25,293 bases of DNA from a virus: the UHGV virus genome UHGV-0110227; one strand, 5' to 3'. The position numbers and the translations under genes were made by a program. Below, piece by piece: positions 1-6,712 of the stretch. Position 1 is the stretch's first letter. The number at the start of each line of letters is the position of its first letter. Under the pieces are notes generated by a model that saw nothing but the letters and a program-made list of their open reading frames with translations, was not told the DNA's origin and made no database searches.

Positions 1-22
1 TAGTTACGAGCGACATTGCTCC

Positions 23-50
23 GTGTATTCACTCGTTGGAATGAATACAC
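23..50. repeat. Perfect 9-bp inverted repeat GTGTATTCA / TGAATACAC with a 10-nt loop; possible stem-loop or protein-binding palindrome
   Basis: Arms at 23-31 and 42-50 are exact reverse complements. No T-run follows on either strand, so it is not a canonical intrinsic terminator. Confidence 0.5.
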
Positions 51-76
51 AGTGCAGTGTTTATTCTGTTGTTTAT

Positions 77-92
77 GCTAAAAATAAAGGCC
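77..92 (-). repeat. Conserved 3' flank motif GCTAAAAATAAAGGCC just downstream of the leftward gene 110..475 (copy 1 of 2)
   Basis: Near-identical to the motif at 514-530, which sits downstream of the neighbouring leftward gene. Confidence 0.5.
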
Positions 93-109
93 GACTATGC
101 GTCCTGAAA

Positions 110-475
110 TTACTTAACCAATGATGCTGCATATTCGATAAGGTAAAGTTTTGGAGCAAGCCAAATTTTCAGCCAGTCGAAATAATTGAAGAAAACAACA
201 ATAGAAGTAATCGCTATTCCTGATGTGACAAGTAGTGATAAAAGAACAATATCTGCATCATCTCCTTTATTCCATGCAAAAATCATCAGATAAACACACG
301 CTATAATCACCAATACACAGATAGCCTGAATTCCAGCTGATGATACGGCGTGCCACATCAAAAGCTGATGGATGACATCAGGAATCTGTGCCTGGCTAAA
401 TGAAACAGCCGCGTCTATTCCATTGCTGGCTTTTTGCAGTAGTTCTACGAGAATCTTGTTTGCTTGTTCTTCCAT
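110..475 (-). CDS. Hypothetical small membrane protein (121 aa, two predicted transmembrane helices) in the early-left operon
   Basis: ORF with ATG start preceded by AGGTGA. Hydrophobic stretches AGIQAICVLVIIACVYLMIFAW and IVLLSLLVTSGIAITSIVVFF. I recognise no family. Confidence 0.6.
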   Translation of the reverse strand: MEEQANKILVELLQKASNGIDAAVSFSQAQIPDVIHQLLMWHAVSSAGIQAICVLVIIACVYLMIFAWNKGDDADIVLLSLLVTSGIAITSIVVFFNYFDWLKIWLAPKLYLIEYAASLVK

Positions 476-513
476 ATATCACCTTGATTGTAATAAGCAT
501 GAAATTATTTACG

Positions 514-530
514 GCTAAAAAATAAAGGCC
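514..530 (-). repeat. Conserved 3' flank motif GCTAAAAAATAAAGGCC just downstream of the leftward gene 535..786 (copy 2 of 2)
   Basis: Direct repeat of the motif at 77-92, placed immediately 3' of a different gene. Confidence 0.5.
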
Positions 531-534
531 ACCA

Positions 535-786
535 TCAGGCAGCCTTGTTGTAAATGTTGCAGGTATCAAGTAAGTAATTAGATGGAGCGCCATAAATTAT
601 GAATTCATCGTTTGTCGGGTCCATCTCCATCTCTTGGCCTATTGCCATTCTTGCGTCAGTGTCATCAGCGGCGAAGCATAAAACAGCCCACGCACCCATT
701 GTTTTAAAAAGAACTGCAATTGGCTGTGGTTTTACTGAATTTGCGTTAGCGCGAAAATCACAAATCGCACTTTCATGAAATTCCAT
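535..786 (-). CDS. Hypothetical small acidic protein (83 aa) immediately downstream of N, in the position lambda uses for ral
   Basis: ORF with ATG start in the context AGGTGATATATGGAA, identical to the start context of gene 110..475. The N stop codon overlaps this SD. C-terminus ends NKAA, as I recall for lambda Ral, but the rest is unrelated. Confidence 0.6.
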   Translation of the reverse strand: MEFHESAICDFRANANSVKPQPIAVLFKTMGAWAVLCFAADDTDARMAIGQEMEMDPTNDEFIIYGAPSNYLLDTCNIYNKAA

Positions 787-794
787 ATATCACC

Positions 795-1121
795 TCAAAT
801 AAGTGGTTTGCTGCCTAATTTAATTTTCTGGCGACCAACACAAGTCACCCCCATTTCACTGCGTGGCTTGCTGTACCATGTGCGCTGATTCTTGCGCTCA
901 ATACGCTGCAGGTTGCTTTCAATCTGTTCGTGGTATTCAGCCAGCACCGTAAGGTCTATCGGATTCAGTGCGCTTTCTACTCGTGATTTCGGTTTGCGAT
1001 TCAGCGAGAGAATAGGGCGGTTAACTGGCTTTGCGCTTACCCCAACCAACAGGGGATTTGCTGCTTTCCATTGAGCCTGTTTCTCTGCGCGACGTTCGCG
1101 GCGGCGTGCTTGTGCATCCAT
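795..1121 (-). CDS. N: Transcription antitermination protein N (lambda-type)
   Basis: Translation MDAQARRRERRAEKQAQWKAANPLLVGVSAKPVNRPILSLNRKPKSRVESALNPIDLTVLAEYHEQIESNLQRIERKNQRTWYSKP... matches lambda N as I recall it, including the arginine-rich N-terminal motif. AGGAGA SD upstream. nutL and a pL-like promoter lie upstream on the same strand. Confidence 0.93.
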   Translation of the reverse strand: MDAQARRRERRAEKQAQWKAANPLLVGVSAKPVNRPILSLNRKPKSRVESALNPIDLTVLAEYHEQIESNLQRIERKNQRTWYSKPRSEMGVTCVGRQKIKLGSKPLI

Positions 1122-1319
1122 CTGGATTCTCCTGTCAGTTAGCTTTGGTGATTGGATGGCCGGCGCTGAACCCCGGCTTACTGGTTAGAGCGCCCGCACT
1201 ACCAGTGACGCTGTCTTGAGGCGCAGATTGGTTACTGCTTGCCATGAGCGCTGTTTATACATTGGTCGAGCATCAGCCTGCTCATTCATCCAATCCCAAA
1301 GCCTTCTGCTTTGAATGCT

Positions 1320-1350
1320 GCCCTTCTTCAGGGCTAAATTTTTAAGAGCC
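1320..1350 (-). promoter_or_regulatory. nutL site: boxA-like GGCTCTTAA and boxB hairpin GCCCTGAAGAAGGGC (read on minus strand)
   Basis: Minus strand reads GGCTCTTAAAAATTTAGCCCTGAAGAAGGGC. boxB is the lambda nutL boxB sequence; boxA differs from the lambda consensus at one base. Confidence 0.85.
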
Positions 1351-1389
1351 TCACCTTCATGGTGGTCAGTGCGTCCTGCTGATGGCTAG

Positions 1390-1418
1390 ATAATCACAAA
1401 TTGTGTTCGTGCTGTCAA
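1390..1418 (-). promoter_or_regulatory. pL-like leftward early promoter: -35 TTGACA, 17-bp spacer, -10 GATTAT
   Basis: Minus strand reads TTGACA gcacgaacacaatttgt GATTAT. It sits upstream of nutL and N and overlaps operator-like palindromes. Confidence 0.75.
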
Positions 1419-1451
1419 CACGAAATGTGATTGTTTTTATCACAACACGTG
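1395..1451. promoter_or_regulatory. Left operator cluster: three CAC-N5-GTG near-palindromes (1395-1405, 1419-1429, 1441-1451)
   Basis: CACAAATTGTG, CACGAAATGTG and CACAACACGTG with centres spaced 24 and 22 bp, overlapping the pL -10/-35. Same motif class as the right operator cluster. Confidence 0.65.
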
Positions 1452-1490
1452 TTTTCATTGATTTTTAAGGTAATTTAATTTTCTTTGGGC

Positions 1491-1516
1491 AACAAAAAAC
1501 CCGCCGAAGCGGGTTT
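1491..1516 (-). terminator. Intrinsic terminator 24 nt downstream of the repressor gene (stem AAACCCGC / GCGGGTTT, UUCG loop, T6 run)
   Basis: Minus strand reads AAACCCGC-TTCG-GCGGGTTTTTTGTT. Confidence 0.85.
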
Positions 1517-1539
1517 GATGTTTTTAAGTGGCGGGTATA

Positions 1540-2181
1540 TCAGGAGAATTTCATCATCATCTGCACTGCTACGCCGATTATCTTGCAGTTGCCGTCGATT
1601 GGGATCAACGGATAGGCAGGGTTAAGCCCTTTCAGGTATTTGTTACCGCCATCAATGATTAGCTTCTTGAACGTGGCTTCATTAGCATCTGTCAGCTTCG
1701 CAACTACCAGGCTTCCATTAACGGCTTCCTTTCCAGTGTCGAACAGAACCAGCATACCCTCAGGAACGCTAAGGCCGGTAGGAGCTGTCATTGAGTCGCC
1801 CTGAACCCTGAGCCAGAAGGCGTCACCGACAACGTGACAATCTGATTCATACCACTCATCCACTGCCTGAGGGTTGTACGGCTCTACGGCCTCACTCCAT
1901 GCACCTGCGCTAACCCAGCTAATCAACGGAAACTTTTCCCCTGGCTTGTATTGTCCCTGATAGTTGTCGCCAAAAAGCAGTTCTGCCGGAGCGACGCCCA
2001 AAGCTTTAGCTATTACCTCTGCGTCATCAACACTAACGCTTCTGGTTCCTGATTCATAGTTGCCGATCCGAGATTGTGAAGCCCAGCCGCAAAGCTCCGC
2101 CAGAGCCTTCTGTGAAAGCCCTTTATCTTCCCGTAATCGCTTGATACGCGCGGCGATAGTTTCTGTTCTGTTCATGCGCAT
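1540..2181 (-). CDS. cI: CI-type prophage repressor: N-terminal XRE-family HTH plus C-terminal S24 (LexA-like) autopeptidase domain
   Basis: 213 aa. HTH region LSQKALAELCGWASQSRIGNYESG. C-terminal domain PLISWVSAGAWSEAVEPY...VQGDSMTAPTGLSVPEGMLV...ATFKKL resembles the P22 C2 / LexA cleavage domain with a GDSM serine motif. Divergent from the gene to its right across an operator region. Not the lambda cI sequence. Confidence 0.9.
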   Translation of the reverse strand: MRMNRTETIAARIKRLREDKGLSQKALAELCGWASQSRIGNYESGTRSVSVDDAEVIAKALGVAPAELLFGDNYQGQYKPGEKFPLISWVSAGAWSEAVEPYNPQAVDEWYESDCHVVGDAFWLRVQGDSMTAPTGLSVPEGMLVLFDTGKEAVNGSLVVAKLTDANEATFKKLIIDGGNKYLKGLNPAYPLIPIDGNCKIIGVAVQMMMKFS

Positions 2182-2188
2182 TTTATAT

Positions 2189-2246
2189 CACATTCCGTGG
2201 TTTAAGGCTTTACACGATTTGTGTTGACTATCAATCACAATATGTG
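2189..2246. promoter_or_regulatory. Right operator cluster: three CAC-N5-GTG near-palindromes (2189-2199, 2213-2223, 2236-2246) between the repressor gene and cro
   Basis: CACATTCCGTG, CACGATTTGTG and CACAATATGTG with centres spaced 24 and 23 bp, the same tripartite spacing logic as lambda OR3-OR2-OR1. They overlap the pR -35/spacer and the region just upstream of the repressor start. Confidence 0.7.
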
Positions 2247-2252
2247 TTTAAT
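2224..2252 (+). promoter_or_regulatory. pR-like rightward early promoter: -35 TTGACT, 17-bp spacer, -10 TTTAAT (approximate)
   Basis: TTGACT at 2224-2229 and an AT-rich hexamer at 2247-2252, upstream of the cro SD AAGGA and ATG at 2286. Confidence 0.6.
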
Positions 2253-2285
2253 AAAGACTGAGTGAACTAGCTCTTAAGGAAACCT

Positions 2286-2501
2286 ATGAACAACATTGCC
2301 AACGAACGGAAAAAGCTTGGCATCACTCAATCTGCGTTAGCAGGCGCGTGTGGCTGGAACCAGTCCCGCTTAGCTAACTACGAGTCAGGTATCCGGACTC
2401 CAGATTTAGAGTCGTGCCGTCGCCTGGTAAAGGCGCTGAATAAATTGGGGAGCAAGACAACGCTAGATGGCTTGTTCCCGCCGGAACACAAAGCCGCTTA
2501 A
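2286..2501 (+). CDS. cro: Cro-like HTH regulator (71 aa)
   Basis: First gene of the rightward operon. HTH LGITQSALAGACGWNQSRLANYESG is clearly paralogous to the HTH of the adjacent repressor. AAGGA SD. Not the lambda Cro sequence. Confidence 0.8.
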   Translation: MNNIANERKKLGITQSALAGACGWNQSRLANYESGIRTPDLESCRRLVKALNKLGSKTTLDGLFPPEHKAA

Positions 2502-2509
2502 GACATTCC

Positions 2510-2541
2510 CGCTCTTACACATCCCAGCCCTGAAAAAGGGC
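2510..2541 (+). promoter_or_regulatory. nutR site: boxA CGCTCTTAC and boxB hairpin GCCCTGAAAAAGGGC
   Basis: Exact lambda-type boxA at 2510-2518 and boxB at 2527-2541, between cro and cII. Confidence 0.9.
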
Positions 2542-2620
2542 ATCAAATTAAACCACACCTATGGTGTATGCATTTATTTGCATACATTCAATCAATTGTT
2601 ATCTAAGGAAATACTTACAT

Positions 2621-2917
2621 ATGGTTCGTGCAAACAAACGCAACGAGGCTCTAAGAATCGAGAGTGCGTTGCTTAACAAAATCGCAATGCTTGGAACTGA
2701 GAAGACAGCGGAAGCTGTGGGAGTTGATAAGTCGCAGATCAGCAGGTGGAAGAGGGACTGGATTCCAAAGTTCTCAATGCTGCTTGCTGTTCTTGAATGG
2801 GGCGTCGTTGACGACGATATGGCTCGATTGGCACGACAAGTTGCTTCGATTCTCACCAATAAAAAACGCCCGGTGTGCAAGACCGAGCGTTCTGATCAAA
2901 TACAAATGGAATTTTAA
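2621..2917 (+). CDS. cII: Transcriptional activator CII (lambda-type)
   Basis: Translation from ATG 2621 (MVRANKRNEALRIESALLNKIAMLGTEKTAEAVGVDKSQISRWKRDWIPKFSMLLAVLEWGVVDDDMARLARQV...IQMEF, 98 aa) matches lambda CII as I recall it. AAGGA SD upstream. The ORF track starts 60 nt too far upstream at 2561. Confidence 0.93.
   Translation: MVRANKRNEALRIESALLNKIAMLGTEKTAEAVGVDKSQISRWKRDWIPKFSMLLAVLEWGVVDDDMARLARQVASILTNKKRPVCKTERSDQIQMEF
2630..2643 (-). promoter_or_regulatory. CII-binding box TTGC-N6-TTGC of a pRE-like leftward establishment promoter
   Basis: Minus strand reads TTGCGTTTGTTTGC, overlapping the 5' end of cII exactly as in lambda pRE. Confidence 0.8.
2861..2890 (-). terminator. Leftward intrinsic terminator inside the 3' end of cII (oop-type)
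   Basis: Minus strand reads ACGCTCGG-tcttgcaca-CCGGGCGT followed by TTTTTT. Confidence 0.75.
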
Positions 2918-2928
2918 CAACATCCAAC
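2861..2928 (-). ncRNA. OOP-like short antisense RNA overlapping the 3' end of cII
   Basis: Perfect -10 hexamer TATAAT on the minus strand (plus coordinates 2935-2940) about 70 nt upstream of the oop-type terminator, in the arrangement of lambda pO/oop. The -35 is weak (TGGATT). 5' end is inferred. Confidence 0.5.
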
Positions 2929-2939
2929 GAGGTAATTAT

Positions 2940-3212
2940 ATGCGAAACAAAGGCTTTAATCCACCTGATACACACAAAGAAGCTAAGCGTTTGAGCTTCC
3001 TTCGTTCCATTGATGAAAGAACTCAAATCTCTTTTGTGAAAGTTGCCAGAACTGAGCTTCTGAAGGCTGAGGCGAGGGCGTTGATCCCGTCTCTACCAAA
3101 AGAGGAGGGATATACGTTCATTCCAAACGCATTTCTGGAAAAGCTGCTCAAAGAAGACATATCCGTAAGTCAGTTTAACGATGTTCTTAAGGTCTTTCGT
3201 CAAGGCAGGTAG
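2940..3212 (+). CDS. Hypothetical protein (90 aa) between cII and the replication initiator
   Basis: ATG at 2940 with GAGG SD; translation MRNKGFNPPDTHKEAKRLSFLRSIDERTQISFVKVARTELLKAEARALIPSLPKEEGYTF... Stop lies 2 nt before the next gene start. The track ORF 2664..3212 is an out-of-frame upstream extension across cII. No family recognised. Confidence 0.6.
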   Translation: MRNKGFNPPDTHKEAKRLSFLRSIDERTQISFVKVARTELLKAEARALIPSLPKEEGYTFIPNAFLEKLLKEDISVSQFNDVLKVFRQGR

Positions 3213-3214
3213 TT

Positions 3215-4162
3215 ATGAGCAATACAGCAAAAATCTACGATTTCAGCGCCGCACACGAGCGCAGGAGCAACAGGATGGAGAACCAGAAAACTGGTTACAT
3301 TCCGTTGTACCGGAGCATTCTGAAACAGTCATGGGCGAAAGATGTTTATCTTCGCACCCTGTGGGAAAACCTTCTCCTGAATGCCGCCAGAAAGCCATAC
3401 AAAGCGAATTTCAAAGGTCATGAATGGCATCTGCAACCCGGTCAACTGGTTGTGACAGCAGCTGATTTAGGTCTTCAGTTATGCGACAGGCATGGCAAGC
3501 CGGCAAGCCGTGATCAGGTTGAGCGGATGCTTCAGGTTTTTGTGAAAGAGGGGATGATCACCATTGATGGAGAGAAGCAAAAAGGTCGTGTGATCACCAT
3601 CACAAATTACCATGAATATGCTCAAAAAATGGACAATTCACCCGCACATGAAGCCGCACAAACAACCGCACATGATGCCGCACATGATGAAGCCAGTAAT
3701 GGCGCGGCTTTCAGCGTACATTCCGCACATGAAAGCGCACATGAAGCCGCACAAACAACCGCACATCATGAACAAGAAGGTATTAACAAGAATATAAATA
3801 ATACCCCCCTACCCCCCAATGGGGGAGGCGATGGGCAGGTTAAACATGAACGTCGCAAGGCAGAACGAATCGACTACGAATCCTTCCTGAACGCCTACAA
3901 CACCGAAGTCGGTGACAGACTGCCACACGCTGTTGCGGTCAACGAGAAACGCAAACGCCGCCTGAAGAAAATCATCCCGCAACTGAAAACGCCAAACGTG
4001 GACGGTTTCAGGGCGTATGTCAGGGCGTTTGTACATCAGGCCAAGCCGTTTTACTTCGGAGACAACGACACTGGCTGGACGGCAGATTTTGATTACCTGC
4101 TGAGGGAAGATTCGTTAACGGGAGTACGGGAAGGGAAGTTTGCAGACAGGGGGATAGCATGA
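3215..4162 (+). CDS. Replication initiation protein (lambda O / P22 gp18 functional class) with an internal repeat linker
   Basis: 315 aa, sited directly upstream of a DnaB-type helicase gene. Central AH(E/D)A peptide repeats are encoded by DNA iterons. Stop overlaps the helicase start (ATGA). Confidence 0.75.
   Translation: MSNTAKIYDFSAAHERRSNRMENQKTGYIPLYRSILKQSWAKDVYLRTLWENLLLNAARKPYKANFKGHEWHLQPGQLVVTAADLGLQLCDRHGKPASRDQVERMLQVFVKEGMITIDGEKQKGRVITITNYHEYAQKMDNSPAHEAAQTTAHDAAHDEASNGAAFSVHSAHESAHEAAQTTAHHEQEGINKNINNTPLPPNGGGDGQVKHERRKAERIDYESFLNAYNTEVGDRLPHAVAVNEKRKRRLKKIIPQLKTPNVDGFRAYVRAFVHQAKPFYFGDNDTGWTADFDYLLREDSLTGVREGKFADRGIA
3642..3825. other. Putative origin of replication inside the initiator gene: eight 12-bp iterons (core CCGCACA) in two clusters, an AT-rich tract, and a G/C hairpin
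   Basis: Iterons at 3642, 3654, 3666, 3678 and 3723, 3735, 3747, 3759 on a strict 12-bp register. A 31-bp direct repeat lies at 3643-3673 and 3736-3766. AT-rich 3771-3805. CCCCC-aat-GGGGG hairpin at 3813-3825. Same architecture as lambda ori within O. Confidence 0.65.
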
Positions 4163-5535
4163 GACAGGATATCGAAGCGAGCGTTATCGGTGGCCTGCTG
4201 ATTGGTGGATTAACACCAACTGCCAGTGACGTTCTGGCAACGCTGGAGCCGGAAGCGTTTTCAATTCCGCTCTACCGGAAAGCCTTCGAGGTTATCCGCA
4301 AGCAGGCGAGAAACAGAAACCTAATCGACGCGCTGATGGTTGCCGAGGCGTGCGGAGAGGAGCATTTCACGTCAATCCTGATGACCAGTAAGAACTGCCC
4401 GAGTGCCGCAAACCTGAAGGGATATGCCGGAATGGTCGCGGATAACTATCACCGCCGTCTGGTGCTGGAAATCATGGATGAAATGCGTGAACCAATTCAG
4501 AGCGGAACCATCGACGCATCGAGTCAGGCGATGGATGAACTTGTAAAACGTCTCTCAGCCATCAGAAAGCCCCGTGACGAGGTTAAACCTGTACGGTTAG
4601 GGGAAATCATTACTGACTACACTGACACGCTTGACAGGCGTCTGAGGAACGGAGAAGAGTCCGATACCCTGAAGACCGGAATCGAAGAACTTGATGCCAT
4701 CACCGGAGGGATGAACGCGGAAGACCTGGTGATAATCGCTGCTCGTCCTGGTATGGGGAAAACCGAACTGGCGCTGAAGATTGCCGAAGGCGTTGCAAGC
4801 CGCGTTATTCCTGGTTCTGACGTCCGGCGCGGGGTATTGATTTTCTCAATGGAAATGAGCGCATTGCAGATTGCAGAGCGAAGTATTGCCAACGCCGGGA
4901 GGATGTCGGTTAGCGTGCTGCGAAATCCTGCATCGATGGATGACGAAGGCTGGGCGCGCGTTGCTAACGGCATGAGTCAGCTTGCAGATTTGGATGTATG
5001 GGTAGTCGATGCCTCGCGGTTATCGGTCGAAGAAATACGCTCAATCGCAGAACGGCACAAACAGGAAAATCCAAACCTGTCACTCATCATGGCGGATTAT
5101 CTTGGCCTGATTGAGAAGCCGAAAGCAGACCGCAACGACCTCGCAATTGCTCACATCTCCGGAAGCCTGAAGGCGATGGCGAAAGACCTGAAAACGCCCG
5201 TTATCTCCCTGAGTCAGCTTTCGCGCGATGTTGAGAAGCGACCAAACAAACGCCCGACAAACGCAGATTTGCGTGATTCAGGAAGCATTGAACAGGACGC
5301 AGACTCAATCATCATGCTCTATCGGGAAGCGGTATATGACGAGAACAGTAGCGCCGCGCCATTTGCTGAAATCATCGTGACGAAAAACCGTTTTGGCTCA
5401 CTTGGTACGGTTTACCAGCGGTTCTGCAACGGACACTTTGTTGCATGTGACCAGGATGAAGCCAGACATATTTGCACAACATCAAATGCACCTGCTGCGC
5501 GTGGCAGACGATATGCACAAGGGGCTGACGTATGA
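4159..5535 (+). CDS. Replicative DNA helicase, DnaB family (P22 gene 12 type)
   Basis: 458 aa. DnaB-like N-terminal domain and a RecA-fold ATPase domain with Walker [10 protein letters not shown]. Translationally coupled to the initiator gene. Confidence 0.9.
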   Translation: MRQDIEASVIGGLLIGGLTPTASDVLATLEPEAFSIPLYRKAFEVIRKQARNRNLIDALMVAEACGEEHFTSILMTSKNCPSAANLKGYAGMVADNYHRRLVLEIMDEMREPIQSGTIDASSQAMDELVKRLSAIRKPRDEVKPVRLGEIITDYTDTLDRRLRNGEESDTLKTGIEELDAITGGMNAEDLVIIAARPGMGKTELALKIAEGVASRVIPGSDVRRGVLIFSMEMSALQIAERSIANAGRMSVSVLRNPASMDDEGWARVANGMSQLADLDVWVVDASRLSVEEIRSIAERHKQENPNLSLIMADYLGLIEKPKADRNDLAIAHISGSLKAMAKDLKTPVISLSQLSRDVEKRPNKRPTNADLRDSGSIEQDADSIIMLYREAVYDENSSAAPFAEIIVTKNRFGSLGTVYQRFCNGHFVACDQDEARHICTTSNAPAARGRRYAQGADV

Positions 5536-5562
5536 CCATCTACATCACTGAGCTTGTAACAG

Positions 5563-5588
5563 GCCTGCTGGTAATCGCAGGCTTTTTT
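5563..5588 (+). terminator. Intrinsic terminator after the helicase gene (tR2-like position)
   Basis: GCCTGC-tggtaatc-GCAGGC followed by TTTTTT, between the helicase and ninB. Confidence 0.8.
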
Positions 5589-5608
5589 ATTTGGGGGAGA
5601 GGGAAGTC

Positions 5609-6049
5609 ATGAAAAAACTAACCTTTGAAATTCGATCTCCAGCACATCAGCAAAACGCTATTCACGCAGTACAGCAAATCCTTCCAGACCCAACCAAACC
5701 AATCGTAGTAACCATTCAGGAACGCAACCGTAGCTTAGACCAAAACAGGAAGCTATGGGCCTGCTTAGGTGACGTCTCTCGTCAGGTTGAATGGCATGGT
5801 CGCTGGCTGGATGCAGAAAGCTGGAAGTGTGTGTTTACCGCAGCATTAAAGCAGCAGGATGTTGTTCCTAACCTTGCCGGGAATGGCTTTGTGGTAATAG
5901 GCCAGTCAACCAGCAGGATGCGTGTAAGCGAATTTGCGGAGCTATTAGAGCTTATACAGGCATTCGGTACAGAGCGTGGCGTTAAGTGGTCAGACGAAGC
6001 GAGACTGGCTCTGGAGTGGAAAGCGCGATGGGGAGACAGGGCAGCATGA
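5609..6049 (+). CDS. ninB: NinB (Orf-family recombination protein)
   Basis: Translation from ATG 5609 ([76 protein letters not shown]...) matches lambda NinB as I recall it. The track start at 5591 is a TTG 18 nt upstream; a G-rich SD precedes the ATG. Confidence 0.9.
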   Translation: MKKLTFEIRSPAHQQNAIHAVQQILPDPTKPIVVTIQERNRSLDQNRKLWACLGDVSRQVEWHGRWLDAESWKCVFTAALKQQDVVPNLAGNGFVVIGQSTSRMRVSEFAELLELIQAFGTERGVKWSDEARLALEWKARWGDRAA

Positions 6050-6219
6050 TGCGATGTTATCGGTGCGGTGAATGCAAAGAAGATAACCGCTTCCGACCAA
6101 ATCAACCTTACTGGAATCGATGGTGTCTCCGGTGTGAAAGAACACCAACAGGGGTGTTACCACTACCGCAGGAAAAGGAGGACGTGTGGCGAGACAGCGA
6201 CGAAGTATCACCGACATAA
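6046..6219 (+). CDS. ninD: NinD (small cysteine-rich protein, 57 aa)
   Basis: Internal ATG at 6046 overlaps the ninB stop (ATGA). Translation [37 protein letters not shown]... has CxxC pairs. Length and position match lambda NinD. The track ORF 5986..6219 carries an in-frame N-terminal extension. Confidence 0.75.
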   Translation: MMRCYRCGECKEDNRFRPNQPYWNRWCLRCERTPTGVLPLPQEKEDVWRDSDEVSPT

Positions 6220-6362
6220 TCTGTGAAAACTGCAAATACCTTCCAACGAAACGCACCAGAAATAAACGCAAGCCAATCCCAAAAGAATCTGACGTAAAAA
6301 CCTTCAACTACACTGCTCACCTGTGGGATATCCGGTGGCTAAGACATCGTGCGAGGAAATGA
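6186..6362 (+). CDS. ninE: NinE-like small basic protein (58 aa), GTG start; absent from the ORF track
   Basis: Strong SD AAGGAGG at 6175-6181 followed by GTG at 6186. Translation (M)[57 protein letters not shown]. It overlaps the ninD 3' end in another frame. Identity as NinE is from recall. Confidence 0.6.
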   Translation: MARQRRSITDIICENCKYLPTKRTRNKRKPIPKESDVKTFNYTAHLWDIRWLRHRARK

Positions 6363-6364
6363 CA

Positions 6365-6712
6365 ATGGATTATTCACAGTTAAGTGATTTTGAAATTAAC
6401 AAGCGAGTATTTAAAGCGATAGTAGGGGCAAAACCATTAGGTTATCCGCACAACGCAGATGGACGGTCTGTCGGCAATGAATCAAATGGTAATTATCGAT
6501 GGTACGACTACTGCAATAACCCAGCAGACGCATGGCCTGTAATCGCAAAACATCAGATCAGCATATGTGCATACGAAAGAAATAATCCTGGAATGAAGAA
6601 TGAATATTGGTGGGAGGCGGATAGATTTTGTGAATTTATTACCATAGACAATAACCCACTCCTCGCTGCCATGATTGTCTTTCTCATGATGCAGGACGCC
6701 AATAATGCTTAG
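6365..6712 (+). CDS. Hypothetical protein (115 aa), possibly the NinX of P22-type nin regions
   Basis: ATG at 6365 with SD GAGGAA 6 nt upstream; an alternative ATG lies at 6359. The track start at 6323 is GTG. Trp/Tyr-rich with a hydrophobic C-terminus (LLAAMIVFLMM). The NinX assignment is by position only. Confidence 0.6.
   Translation: MDYSQLSDFEINKRVFKAIVGAKPLGYPHNADGRSVGNESNGNYRWYDYCNNPADAWPVIAKHQISICAYERNNPGMKNEYWWEADRFCEFITIDNNPLLAAMIVFLMMQDANNA

Noticed and set aside
892-1219. ORFs 892..1074 and 1031..1219 on the plus strand
   Set aside because: They are antisense to N and to its leader, and the N assignment is strong.
2561-2620. N-terminal extension of cII in the ORF track, and the out-of-frame ORFs 2467..2676, 2599..2880 and 2664..2939
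   Set aside because: The authentic cII start is the ATG at 2621 with an AAGGA SD. The upstream part runs through nutR and the pRE region. The other frames overlap cII and have no support.
3642-3770. Short direct repeats that could be mistaken for a CRISPR array
   Set aside because: The units are 12 bp with no spacers of CRISPR length and lie inside a coding sequence. They fit replication-origin iterons, not CRISPR.
3612-3797. 61-aa His/Met/Pro-rich ORF ([24 protein letters not shown]...)
   Set aside because: It is the iteron repeat region read in an alternative frame inside the initiator gene. The periodic peptide is a by-product of the 12-bp DNA repeats.
5591-5608. TTG-initiated extension of ninB
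   Set aside because: A G-rich SD immediately precedes the ATG at 5609, which matches the recalled lambda NinB N-terminus. The TTG start would sit inside the SD.
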